A stretch of 63,722 nt of DNA, filler included, from Octopus bimaculoides (GCF_001194135.2; 7 parts of 7 records of this genome joined end to end with filler, not necessarily neighbours in it), one strand, 5' to 3'. Positions 13,381-26,313 are shown, numbered from the whole stretch's first letter. Numbers and translations: made by a program. The notes: generated from the letters alone by a model not told the origin.

Positions 13381-14334
13381 CTGTATGGGAAAAATGCACA
13401 TTTAAAATGCTCATGATAATGATGATGATGATGATTATAGTAATGATACTGATATATAATGTAAAACATTTTTCCCAGTGTCCATTTTTATCAAATGGTG
13501 AATTCAGGTTTTGTTCAGTAAAGTTTGTCTTTCATCTTTCTAAGGTTAGATAAAATACCAATCAAGTACAGGGATCAATTCCTCTTTTCTTCCTTTCTCT
13601 CTCTTTCTTTCCCTCTCCCTCTTAATAGGTTAAGGTGTACATTGATGATGGCCATGAGACACTACTCATAGAAGCCCTTTTTTTCAAGAAATTCTTCGAG
13701 CTGGCATATGTCTTATATTAAATCTCTGATGAGCTCAAGTGATGTTGATGACCTGGAATCACCTCATATATATATATATATAATGNNNNNNNNNNNNNNN
13801 NNNNNNNNNNNNNNNNNNNNNNNNNNNNNNNNNNNNNNNNNNNNNNNNNNNNNNNNNNNNNNNNNNNNNNNNNNNNNNNNNNNNNNNNNNNNNNNNNNNN
13901 NNNNNNNNNNNNNNNNNNNNNNNNNNNNNNNNNNNNNNNNNNNNNNNNNNNNNNNNNNNNNNNNNNNNNNNNNNNNNNNNNNNNNNNNNNNNNNNNNNNN
14001 NNNNNNNNNNNNNNNNNNNNNNNNNNNNNNNNNNNNNNNNNNNNNNNNNNNNNNNNNNNNNNNNNNNNNNNNNNNNNNNNNNNNNNNNNNNNNNNNNNNN
14101 NNNNNNNNNNNNNNNNNNNNNNNNNNNNNNNNNNNNNNNNNNNNNNNNNNNNNNNNNNNNNNNNNNNNNNNNNNNNNNNNNNNNNNNNNNNNNNNNNNNN
14201 NNNNNNNNNNNNNNNNNNNNNNNNNNNNNNNNNNNNNNNNNNNNNNNNNNNNNNNNNNNNNNNNNNNNNNNNNNNNNNNNNNNNNNNNNNNNNNATATAT
14301 ATGTATGTATACATACATACGTATATCACGATGA

Positions 14335-14445
14335 AAAAGTAAGAAAATGTCCAAATACAAATATCTAGAAATAGAGTTAAGGTTATGCAACTCAAGCACA
14401 AGAATGGTTCCTATTGTTATGGCAGCTTTAGGCTGATAAACAGAA
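14335..14445 (+). mobile_element. R4/Dong-like restriction-like endonuclease remnant
   Basis: SKYKYLEIELRLCNSSTRMVPIVMAALG resembles KYKDLEIEI.RMW....VPIVIGALG. Confidence 0.55.
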
Positions 14446-14710
14446 ACAGGTGTGAAAGTGGAAACAAGTAGTCCCCCCCCCTCAACCTAAGAACTGCACT
14501 TGTGACATTAAAATATATATTTGGTAACTAAACAAGTAATCAATATATCCGTCAAATATAAGGGTCAGGTCGATTTCTATTCCAATAATGCACTGTGGAT
14601 ATGAAGAGAAATATAATAGAAGACAAAGGCTAATCACAAATAAGCTAACCTTAAACTTTTAAACCAACAACAAAGTAAACAATACTTTCTTGGTTCTAAA
14701 TATTATAGTA

Positions 14711-14900
14711 GTGATGATGGTGGCAGTGGTGGCGGCGGCGGCGGCGGCAGAGGCGGTGGCGGCAGAGGCGGTGGCGGCAGAGGCGGTGGTGGCAGAGGCG
14801 GTGTCGGTGATGGCACTGGGAGGGGCATTAGTGGTGGCACTGGTAGTGGTGGTGGTGGTAGCGACAGCAGCAGTGGCAGCAGTAACATTGGCAGTGTTGA
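14711..14900. repeat. GC-rich (GGC/GGT)n low-complexity tract with 15-bp subunits (ggcagaggcggtggc)
   Basis: Directly visible; it translates as poly-Pro, poly-Ala or poly-Gly depending on frame. Confidence 0.8.
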
Positions 14901-15885
14901 CAGCAGTGTTCATTTATTTATCACAAAAATAATACAAAATAATGATTAAGAGAAACAAATACAACACTTCATCCTTTCCTAGACATACAAATATACAACA
15001 AAGTAAATGGACTTAACATGTTAATCTATTCAACTTGAGCATTTCAAAATTTATCACTGGAACAAAAAGATGCAAAACATTTCTTTCAGTAAATACATCA
15101 ATTTTTCACAATTACGTCTGTATTAAGAGTATTTTTGTAATAAATCAGTAACAAACAATACCTCAAGTCTTCAGAAAAAGAGAAGAAAGGAGAGCATAGA
15201 AAGAACTATTATAACAGTTACGTTACTTGAGCGTTGAAGAAGATTAGTACTTTAACTACAGGAATTTGTCATGTGAAGATACTTACTTTTACTTATGAAT
15301 GACATCATAGATGATAAATTACTCACATCTTTTGAGAAAATCTTTGTTACGGCTAACTCAATTACAGACTATCCAACCACAGAAGACATATTAAAAAGTG
15401 CTGTACCCATCATCTTTTACAAATAAAAAAAATCTTCCTAAATATATATTGCACAAAATAAGTAAGAGTGGCACAGGAATGGCATTGTGGAAAGTAGATC
15501 ATGTTTTGTAAAGATATAGATTTTCAAGCATTGGTATACAGACACGTGTATTAGAGGAAGAAGAGTATGGCTGACCTTGTCATAATTTGCATTCATAATG
15601 TAAGCTAGTGGTATGAAAATAAATAAATATAAAAATAAGGCATATTATCTTAAGCTGTAATCAATCTGCCAATCTACCACTCCTTTTTGAAAACATTATA
15701 TGATAATCAGTAAAACACCTATAAAAGTTATAACAGATGTAAGATCTTTAAAAAAAAAAGACATAATGAAAGCATACTTTTACTTAAAAGTAGAAATAAA
15801 TTCTCATCCCTAGAACTAGGTTGTAAGAACTATAATGATAACAAATCAAAATTGACAAATAATAGATGAAAATGAGAAGACAAAC

Positions 15886-15932
15886 AGAGCTGTCCCACTT
15901 TTTCGCTTTTTTCAAATTATATTTTCTGATTC
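15886..15932 (-). CDS. Putative exon (GIRKYNLKKAKKWDSS)
   Basis: Strong acceptor gttttcttttttcttgttag and one open frame; the donor (gtttgt) is uncertain. Confidence 0.3.
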
Positions 15933-16366
15933 CTAACAAGAAAAAAGAAAACGTATTCTATTGATAGTTTTTTTTTATTTATGTTATTTTGCTGCTTTAT
16001 ACTAATCTCTTGAGAGTCTTGTATTTTTCTTAATTTTCTTTTTAATTAGGGATGGTCTACAATACAGTTTAAGCTTAGAAAATCATTTATTTTCTTGTCT
16101 CCCTTTAAATGCTGCTTTTTAAGTACAACTATTTACCTTTCATGTATGATGTTTTTCTTCCCCTTTTTTTTATTTTTTGTCAATTACCAATACCTAATTA
16201 TATAGATTTCTCTATAGTTGTTTTGTGTCATCTTACTGCAGACAATAAGATAAAATGTTTTTCTATTTACCTATGTATTATCTATAAAAGATAATTATTT
16301 TATGGAGCACCCAAATCCTTTGAAAGATTCTATCCTTAATAAAATAATCAAAGTAAAACAAACTAC

Positions 16367-16394
16367 CTTCATTCAGAAAAAACCTGTTTCTATC
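16367..16394 (-). CDS. Putative 28-nt exon (DRNRFFLNE)
   Basis: T-rich acceptor ending gttgaag and donor GAAG|gtagtt. Its phase-1 end joins 15932 in frame (GGA). Confidence 0.25.
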
Positions 16395-19361
16395 CTTCAA
16401 CAAAACATGACACAACCAGAAAAACAAAGTTATAAAGCATCAACAAATAAATACATAAGCATCATGGAGTTATAATAAATATCAAAGTTTTATTGCAAGA
16501 AATTGATGTAGTATATAGAATAATTTGATTACAATTTATAAACTCCTTTCATTATTTGATGAATGCACAGGACTGATATATTATCCCCTGCTAGCTGGTG
16601 TAAGGATATTGTGAGTGATAAGCTGAAATACTTGAAGATTTTCTTAAAGATTTGTCAGTTCAATCACTGGTTTTTGCCAGTGATAAGAAATGTAATTTGA
16701 ACTCAGAATTCACCAAGTTGAAATGAATATCAAGAATCGTCTCTATTAACAATCTAACACTATGCCATTCTACTGTTTTCCTTGACTACTATTTTATTTA
16801 TCGATCCTGAAAGAATGAAAGAAAAGGTAAACCTAGGCAGGATATGTACTTAAAATATAGAAAACAAAAGCAAATGCTCTACTTTGCACAATCTAATGAC
16901 CCTACAATATAATAGTGCTACTGCTATGATAACAAATATTAATCCTAACAGAGCTTATAATTTCTCATTTAGGCACAAGGCTAGCAACATTTAGAAGGGG
17001 TTAATCAATTACACCAACTTCAGTGTTTGACTATTAATGTAATTTATCGACCCTATAAAGGTGAAAGGCACATTTGACACCAATAAGATTTGAACTCAGA
17101 ATGTACAGAGCTAGAACAAACACCATAAAAAAGATTTTCCCAACGTTTTAACAATTCTGCCAGCTCACCATCTTAGTCACACAGATATAATTTTTAAAAT
17201 GGGTGAAGCAATACAGATGTAATACATATGAAAAACGATAGTTAAATCAGAATTAATATGCTGAAGGCCATGAGCATATTTTTATCCTTTAGTCAAGAGA
17301 GGTGGGCAGTAATGTGACACTTTACAAGGTTTCTTAGACTGTGGAAGGAAGAGAGAGGAAGTTAACCTCAAATTGGAACCCTGACCAAAATGCTTGTAAC
17401 ACAGCTGGCTTTCATAAAAGTTTTCAAGAGTTAAGTGCTGCCAAACCAGGTGAAAGTTTATGTTAACCAAACTTGTAGTCCACAGTGAGATTTGAACTCA
17501 GAATGCAAGAGAAGAAAACTGTAAAAGTTACATTTGACTCCCCCTCCCCATCTTCTTCTGCTGCTGCTGCTGTTATTAGCAACTAGATAGTAAAACCTAA
17601 AGGTAGTGTAGACTGAGCATATGCCTGTACATCAGCCACCATAGCATGCTTGTTTGTCCTCTAATGCAGATGGAGAGCTGGCAGCAAATAAACCATCTTT
17701 GCCAATCTACAAGAAGCTGAAGAGTAGACATTCCAATGTGATAAGACCATAATCGGGGCAAAGCACAACAACTTGGCAGAGACTGATAATGAAAAAGTTT
17801 CAGCATTTGCCACTTCTACACCTTTGAGGTAGTGCTTCCTCTGCATGTTACTTCACCCCACTATCATTCTATTTTGAGGTCGGAACCAACCCATACCCCA
17901 AGAATTTGATCAGTCAATCAGTCCAGCATCACACAAATACTTGCTTGTCAAGGTACTGGGCTGCAAGTCCATTGACGTATCTTGGTTGATTTTGAATCCC
18001 TGCCATTGTCTTGAATTCCCTTAGAATAAACAGTACTATAACAGTAAGGTTAACATGGTCTTTCCAAGTCACAGTTTGATGGAATATTTCTCAACCATTC
18101 CTAACTTCTGCAGTGGTGATTTTAGAGCCAACACATACAGAAATGACAAGAGGGGCACTAAACTTGCAATTAGAAACAGTTCTGAGGTGGCTGTTTAATA
18201 CAATCAATACTCATGTTGATGAATTTACAAATTTGCAGTGCATTCGTTAAAATTGTTTTGATATTCACAAAAATGTCTATTTTCTCCTAATCTCTTTACA
18301 ATGCTTCTGGTCTTTCTAAAGCATTCACTATCTACAACTTATCCTTATTTATCATATTTGCCATATTCAGCTGTTGTGGTCATGTTCTTGATTTTGATAT
18401 TACTGCTCTCCTTCACCTCTGTGGAAGTAGTTAAATTAGTAGTGGTAGTTGTGGTGAAGCAATTCTTCTACATATCAAATGGACACTGCTGCTATAGTTA
18501 TTCACTGTGCTGCTAATGTTGAATTAGGCATCAAACTTGGAATTCTCCATCGAAATTACAAAACTCCTGTGACTCTTGTCACTTTTCCATTTTCATTCTT
18601 ACTGCTGTTTTATTACTGTTGGGATCATTAGTGCTGCCGTTGTTGTTGTTAAAGTTGCTTAACAATGAAGCAAGAGGTAATATGATAAATTTCTTCACAG
18701 TTTCTGTGTACCAAATATCAACATCAAGAGTTTGATCAACCCTAGGCTGTAGTAAAAGATACTGGCTCAATAAAGTTTCCAGTAAAATCGAATTTGGAAC
18801 TACATGATTGCAAGCAAAATTCTTAACAATGCGATATTATTTTATACAAACTTCAAATTTCAGCAGCAATAGAAATGCTACAAATAAAATTTCTAACAAT
18901 GGAAAGCAATATGTTTGTAATAAAATCTATCGTTGTCATGAGACATGTAATAGCTGTCAGAGCATGTATCACTTGACAAGAAAAGATATGACAGAGAGAG
19001 ACTTTAACATCTGTTTGATATATGCTTCAATATTCATTGTAAAAAAAAAATTTTTTTAAAAAAACAGAAATTGAAGAGACATCTAGAAGCAACAGCAAAA
19101 ATGCAATATAATTTCAAGAAGACTGTTGCAATGTAAAATTCTTGGAACTAGTCATCAAATTTTTTATTTAACTAAATATATATCTTCTTTTTTTTTTCTT
19201 TTATATGAATATATTCCAAAAAGAGAGAATGAGCCATCAATATTCCAACAGTTCACTGTCACACAGAATATTGTCATGAACAGCATTGCTTCCAATAATA
19301 TTGTCCTGACCAATTATGAAACTAATTTGTTGCTACCCACAAGTAGTAAAGGCTACCTCAC

Positions 19362-19403
19362 CTGTTGCTTCAGCTCTCTTTACCATGGCAGTGTTGAAGA
19401 AAA
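19362..19403 (-). CDS. Putative exon carrying a candidate start codon (ATG at 19386; MVKRAEAT)
   Basis: Acceptor atttcaag, strong donor CAG|gtgagg and Kozak-like GCCATGG. Confidence 0.3.
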
Positions 19404-20295
19404 CTTGAAATATGGTAATTGTGAATGTGACAAAAAAATGTATATAAGCAACAAATAAAAAAAATACAAGCTTGACTAATTATTCTCACCTATTTTTCCT
19501 AATGTGATCAAATCTGTCTATTATGTGTATGAATGATTTATAACATAATTGATAAAGATTTACAGTATTAGCAAATTGAAAAATATATGAGCTAATAAGT
19601 TCTCTATTATTTATGATTGTTGTTGTTGCTGGTGTATTGTTATTTAGTTCTGGGTCAGACCTAACTGACCAAACCTATGATCAATTGTTTTCTACTTATT
19701 GTTGAAGATCATGGTGCCATATAGTTGAAATGAACCCTAACCTATAAGAAATCAAATCATGAGGTATAGCAATGTAGTAAGGAACTATGAAATTCCTGAT
19801 GATATATTCCAAAGCTTCATCCTATGTATCTTTCTCAATGATGAATGGCATCATGAAGATTTACCTGGGAAAACATGAATTAAAAGCTAATTTCAAATTC
19901 TATGTTTAAAAATATATACATAGTATTGGCAATAAAACGACAGTACAGACTGTAAATTAGTTGTTGGTAAGAAGAACATGCATGTGTATATACATGTCTG
20001 TATGAGATAACGAAGGAATGCAAGGAGTGGTGAGACACTACTGGTGCACATCTGTCCATTTAGTAATAAACAGATGAAAAATGTGTGTGTGTATATATGT
20101 ATATATGTGTGTGTATACGTGTGTGTGTGTGTATGTGCAATTGTATGTGTGTTTGTGTGTGTGTGTGCACGTGTGTATGTATTAATATTCAGAAACAACA
20201 AAGTGACTCAAGGGTCAAGGGTTTCATGAATTAGCCCCTAGCAACCTAAATATTAAAAAAAACAATTCTGTTTTTAGTTTGCATCATCAAATCTC

Positions 20296-20330
<35 letters not shown>

Positions 20331-21578
20331 ATCAGAAGTTAAAATGACAAACGATAGAAAAATGATATCAATTTCATTAGGTTTCAGCTGCTTCTACTAT
20401 AAGAGGCATTGCATTCATAGTTCAAGCTTGTGAATCACCTTTTAGCTTCATTGGAACTTCAAACATGAAGCACAATTCTTTTCACTTGAGGATAGTGCAT
20501 CTTACTGTACCCCCATCTTCTTTTAAAGGCCTTTCTTCAGACCTTTCAATCTCATTGGCCATGCAACGTCTTTTGCTATAGTTGCTTGGCAGAGGACACT
20601 TGACACCCCCTTCCCATTAAAAGAGCATATTGGAGCAATTTACACAATAGATGATGTTGATAGCCAGATCCATCCCATATGCAAGGCAGCTGTTTGATAT
20701 TACGTTACACATCAGTATTGCCTGGTCCCCAAAAGACTGTGTATGCACTTCATATTTGGAGCTCTGATGAAGCTATACAGTGATGCACAAGCATGCAGAT
20801 ATGAGTGCTTGCAACTTATAGCAGAAAAAGCTGTAAGCTAATGAAAGTCATCACATAGTTTTCTTTTTTCATTTTAGTTTCTAATTACTGCTCTGAACTC
20901 AACTGACACTTTGTTCTGAAGTACACATATACTGAGTTCTAATATTAGATTGTTAGTATTGCTAGGTCAAAGTGAAATACTATATATATATATATATATN
21001 NNNNNNNNNNNNNNNNNNNNNNNNNNNNNNNNNNNNNNNNNNNNNNNNNNNNNNNNNNNNNNNNNNNNNNNNNNNNNNNNNNNNNNNNNNNNNNNNNNNN
21101 NNNNNNNNNNNNNNNNNNNNNNNNNNNNNNNNNNNNNNNNNNNNNNNNNNNNNNNNNNNNNNNNNNNNNNNNNNNNNNNNNNNNNNNNNNNNNNNNNNNN
21201 NNNNNNNNNNNNNNNNNNNNNNNNNNNNNNNNNNNNNNNNNNNNNNNNNNNNNNNNNNNNNNNNNNNNNNNNNNNNNNNNNNNNNNNNNNNNNNNNNNNN
21301 NNNNNNNNNNNNNNNNNNNNNNNNNNNNNNNNNNNNNNNNNNNNNNNNNNNNNNNNNNNNNNNNNNNNNNNNNNNNNNNNNNNNNNNNNNNNNNNNNNNN
21401 NNNNNNNNNNNNNNNNNNNNNNNNNNNNNNNNNNNNNNNNNNNNNNNNNNNNNNNNNNNNNNNNNNNNNNNNNNNNNNNNNNNNNNNNNNNNNNNNNNNN
21501 NNNNNNNNNNNNNNNNNNNNNNNNNNNNNNNNNNNNNNNNNNNNNNNNNNNNNNNNNNNNNNNNNNNNNNNNNNNNNN

Positions 21579-21924
21579 CGTACAGCACATTTCCAAAGGT
21601 CTCGGTCAGTAGTCATCGCCTCGGTGAGGCCCAATGTTCGAAGGTCTTGCCTCACCATCTCAGCCCAGGTCTTCCTGGGCCTACCTCTTCCACAGGCTCC
21701 CTCAACTGTTAGGGTGTGGCACATTTTCACGGAGCTATCCTCATTCATTCTCACCACATGTCCATACCAGCGCAATCGTCTCTCTTGCACACCACAACTG
21801 ATGCTTCTTATGTTTAGCTTTTCTCTCAAGATACTTACACTCTGACGGGTATGCACATTGACATTACACATCAAGCGGAGCATACTGGCTTCATTCCTTG
21901 TGAGCTTACGCATGTCCTCAGCAG
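21579..21924 (-). mobile_element. RTE-clade LINE 3' end
   Basis: ERRLRWYGHVVRMNEDSSVKMCHTLTVEGACGRGRPRKTWAEMVRQDL...DRDLWK is the typical RTE C-terminal domain; both ends fall in N gaps. Confidence 0.9.
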
Positions 21925-22073
21925 NNNNNNNNNNNNNNNNNNNNNNNNNNNNNNNNNNNNNNNNNNNNTTAATTAATTAANNNNNNNNNNNNNNNNNNNN
22001 NNNNNNNNNNNNNNNNNNNNNNNNCTTCTTCTTCGTATTTGTTAGGTAGATTGATTTCTTGTTTGTATTATTA

Positions 22074-22167
<94 letters not shown>

Positions 22168-22185
22168 CATTATTATTATTATTAT

Positions 22186-22940
22186 GGAAGGGTCAGGTTA
22201 CTCTGGTAAGAAAATCTATCTGCTGTCAACAGACATACCGTGTTTGTCTTGGGATGCCATCTTTGATGATGCGGAACTACACTTTGAGGCTGCCGAATCT
22301 ACAGAAATATGTAAATCAATGCGGTGATGCGGACAACGACAAGGAAAATAATGGTAAACTGGTGTGGGCGAGCTTCGTACGACATATTTTTCCGCAACTC
22401 ATTTCATTGACAAAGCTACAGTCATGGGTTAAACGTAGAACAAGTTTGGGCGTTTGGCAACTAGAATTTTGCCAGGCTCTCATTGCATTGTACCAGTAGC
22501 ACAAAACCATTAAGGAAAACAACTCAAAATTTTTATAGGGGTTTAGTTGAGCGTATGAGTGATTATGGCCTAAGATTGAATCTAGGCATCGACGAGAACA
22601 GATTGAATTGTCTATTCCGGAGGACCTTCGGACCGAATATCATGGACAATTTCTAAAAGTGTTTGGCATGGCAGTGCTAAAGAGGGACATTGCCCATTCG
22701 ACACAAGCTCTTCAGGCATAGAAGTGCCAACAGCTGAACCTGCCCGAGATGCTTGCTGGGGACGAAACCTTTCTGCATGCAATAACTCAATATCCATGCA
22801 TTAGAGAGTTATGGAATTGTATGGAGCAGCTGTTGTCGCGTGTAAGACGAATGTAGCTGTCTGGGGAATGTATAGTGAAGATCGACGCATCACCTTCTCT
22901 TAGAAGAGAAGGAAGGCAGAAAAGGATCACATCTCACTCC
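22186..22940 (+). mobile_element. Tx1/L1-like LINE ORF2 C-terminal remnant with zinc-finger (zf-RVT-like) region
   Basis: Frameshifted LAWQC..RGTLPIRHKLFRHRSANS*TCPRC..DETFLHAITQYPCIRELW. Confidence 0.75.
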
Positions 22941-22984
22941 TCTGTAACTTCACCGTTTAAACTGTCAGAAAGATAGATGCGAAT

Positions 22985-23157
22985 AAGCCAGACATTATAT
23001 TGGAAGATTTCAGACAAACATCATGAGCCTTCATTGATATGACTGTCCCAATCGATATAAAAATATGTCGAAATGTGAGCAAGTATAAAGATCTTGAAAT
23101 AGAAATTGGCAAAATGTGGAACCTCCAGACTAAAACAATACCTGTTGCTATAGGTGT
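22985..23157 (+). mobile_element. R4/Dong-like RLE remnant
   Basis: FIDMTVPID..KYKDLEIEIGKMWNLQTKTIPVAIG. Confidence 0.7.
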
Positions 23158-23166
23158 TATTATTAT

Positions 23167-23600
23167 TATTGTTCAGTAGTTTTATTTTTATAACGTGCTT
23201 TCACTTCACTACCGATCGCAGCTATGTGTGCCTTGGGTATGTGCTGTGGTTAGCTGTGATGCTCTTATGGTTACTGTATTGAAAGTGTTTTGCGTAGGAT
23301 ATGTGCAGTGCCCAGTAGTGCAATTTTCTGTATGTTATATATATTTGTAAGTCCTGGTGTTTTTGTTATGTATTTGTCTGAATATTTTTTTACTATACCT
23401 AAGGCACCTACTATGACATGAATTGTTTCTGTTTTTAGATTCCACATTCGAGTTATCTCTATTTCCAGGTCTTTGTATTTTGAAAGTTTCTCCATTTCTT
23501 TCAGGGAAACGTTGTCATCTGCTGGTATTGACACATCAATTAGAAAGCTGGTATTGATACATCAATTAGAAAGCCGGTATTGATACATCAATTAGAAAGC
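23167..23600 (-). mobile_element. Young 5'-truncated R4/Dong-like LINE (RLE C-terminus plus 3' UTR)
   Basis: ORF 23271-23534 (SKYKDLEIEITRMWNLKTETIHVIVGALG...QKIALLGTAHILRKTLSIQ). The 3' UTR is nearly identical to 45960-46125, and (TAA)n flanks both sides. Confidence 0.85.
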
Positions 23601-23601
23601 A

Positions 23602-23664
<63 letters not shown>

Positions 23665-23824
23665 GAGATCAAATTTTGTCGCGGCCGCATTCGCCATTCA
23701 TCCTTTCGGGGTCGATGAAACAAGTAGCAGTCGTGCAACGGTGGTGATGTGATCAACCAGTTCCTTTCAGGCATTGAGTTTATAAGTTGAACATACAACA
23801 GCAACAACAACAACAACAACAACA

Positions 23825-23911
<87 letters not shown>

Positions 23912-24009
23912 GTATTTTGACTTGTGCTTATATCAGAAACCATTATATCCACATCTACAGGCCGTGGTTTGAATGAATTGTAAGAAGGTCAGAGGAAAAT
24001 AATTGCGTT

Positions 24010-24211
24010 ATTACTTTAAAGGTGTCATCAAATGCCCAGTCGGAAGCCCAACTTTTCGAGCTTTTTACAGGTCTGAAGGACTGCAGCAATAAGTGCGTGA
24101 ACCTGAGAGGGGAATACCTTTAAATACAACCATAATGAACTGATTTTCCTGTATTTGTTTTTTTTTTTTTTTGTTACCCAAACTCAGGAACATTTCTGTA
24201 CTGCCTCGCAT
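24010..24211 (+). mobile_element. Mariner-type transposase 3' end and decayed terminal repeat
   Basis: FELFTGLKDCSNKCVNLRGEY resembles the mariner C-terminus GIxxLxxRWxKCVxxxGEY; it ends ...actgcctcgcata. Confidence 0.55.
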
Positions 24212-24684
24212 ATCCTACATAACACTCACTGGACCTATTGAATGGCATAACCAAACATCTCGCAAACAAGTTTATTTTCCTTTAATCCGGTGATTATATA
24301 ACAGGTATGTTCATATCGGTATGTATATGTATTATTTGCTAGAAGGTCAACTGCAATATTACAGAAAGTCGACGATGCCTAGAGTTATCCCGAATAAATA
24401 TTGTTACAGATGAAAATAACAACGACAAGTAGCATAGCTGATGTGTAACAGCTTGAATATCAGTGACGAACGTGGACTGTCATGGGGATATTTTATCAGC
24501 AGAAACATACTCACACACTCATACACTCACACATGTACATGCGCGCGCGCATAGATATAGATATACACATACATGCACATTGTTTATCTATCTATCTATC
24601 TAGCAATATTTCACCTTACCACTCTTTCATATATAGATACATAGATAGATACATACATATATGTCGTATAGATATCATATATAC

Positions 24685-24738
<54 letters not shown>

Positions 24739-25583
24739 NNNNNNNNNNNNNNNNNNNNNNNNNNNNNNNNNNNNNNNNNNNNNNNNNNNNNNNNNNNNNN
24801 NNNNNNNNNNNNNNNNNNNNNNNNNNNNNNNNNNNNNNNNNNNNNNNNNNNNNNNNNNNNNNNNNNNNNNNNNNNNNNNNNNNNNNNNNNNNNNNNNNNN
24901 NNNNNNNNNNNNNNNNNNNNNNNNNNNNNNNNNNNNNNNNNNNNNNNNNNNNNNNNNNNNNNNNNNNNNNNNNNNNNNNNNNNNNNNNNNNNNNNNNNNN
25001 NNNNNNNNNNNNNNNNNNNNNNNNNNNNNNNNNNNNNNNNNNNNNNNNNNNNNNNNNNNNNNNNNNNNNNNNNNNNNNNNNNNNNNNNNNNNTAATTATA
25101 TTATATTATATTATAAATAAATATGTTCATGATGAATGTAAACAGCTGTGAAACATGTGCGTGTATGCGTGTCTCTCTTCCCTTTGTTCCTCTATGTAAG
25201 GGGATGGGGGTCTGCTACCAATCATAAATATGTGCATCCGTGTGTTTCTCTGCGTATCTCTGCGGCGTATACGTTTGCGTCGCTCTAAAATATTCATTTG
25301 TCTGGATAAACGTTTGATGTTGAAGAAGTAAAACTAATCACGATTGATGTCACCGGCATTAATGATTCGTTAATCAGGCAAGAATCTGTAAACTAATGAA
25401 AACAACAACAACAACAACAACAACAACAATAACAAAAATAGCGGCAGCAGTAGCAGCAGCAACAGCGTGAGCAACAGTAATAACAACATTTGTACGTACA
25501 TAAAAAATCGGCTCCGTTTATAATATTCCTGTTCAGCAGAAGCAGACAAGTTTGTCCTGTTTCAACAAACTATTCTGGTGTTA

Positions 25584-25610
25584 GTTGCCCTAAGCAACGG
25601 AAACGGAAAT
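25584..25610. promoter_or_regulatory. RFX X-box-like palindrome plus tandem ETS-like CGGAAA sites; candidate promoter or enhancer
   Basis: GTTGCC-CTA-AGCAAC fits GTTNCC(N0-3)RGYAAC and is followed by CGGAAACGGAAAT, in unique CpG-containing DNA just beyond the CpG-poor block. Confidence 0.3.
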
Positions 25611-26035
25611 AAATCTTTCCATATGCTGGCATGTGTAGGCATGTGCGTAAGCTTGTGTATGTGTGTATGTGCAGGTGCTTATGTATATGAATGTGTCTAC
25701 CTGTGGTTATATGTTGGTGTGCTCATACAGGGTCTTAGTGTGTAATGTCTGTCTAAATAAATATATATTTGTGTGTCTGTGATTGTTTGACTGTGCGTGC
25801 GTGTGTCGTATAGCTGACGTTTGAAGTGCGCAACGTTGCTAAGGAGAGTAAGAATGGAAGAGTAACTGAGTGAGGGGCTGAGAACTTAGTGAGAGATTAG
25901 TGAGTTAGTGGAAGGTAGTGAAGTGTGACGAGGAGCATAAAAGTTCTACTCGTTATTAACAAGTACATTTTAGTATCTTTTTCTTTTCTCTCTTCTCTCA
26001 ATTTCAGTCTCTCTTTCTCTCTCTGTCTCTGTCTC

Positions 26036-26088
<53 letters not shown>

Positions 26089-26230
26089 NNNNNNNNNNNN
26101 NNNNNNNNNNNNNNNNNNNNNNNNNNNNNNNNNNNNNNNNNNNNNNNNNNNNNNNNNNNNNNNNNNNNNNNNNNNNNNNNNNNNNNNNNNNNNNNNNNNN
26201 NNNNNNNNNNNNNNNNNNNNNNNNNNNNNN

Positions 26231-26313
<83 letters not shown>

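Noticed and set aside
13721-13745. CTGATGAG string
   Set aside because: There is no downstream stem II closure or GAAA box.
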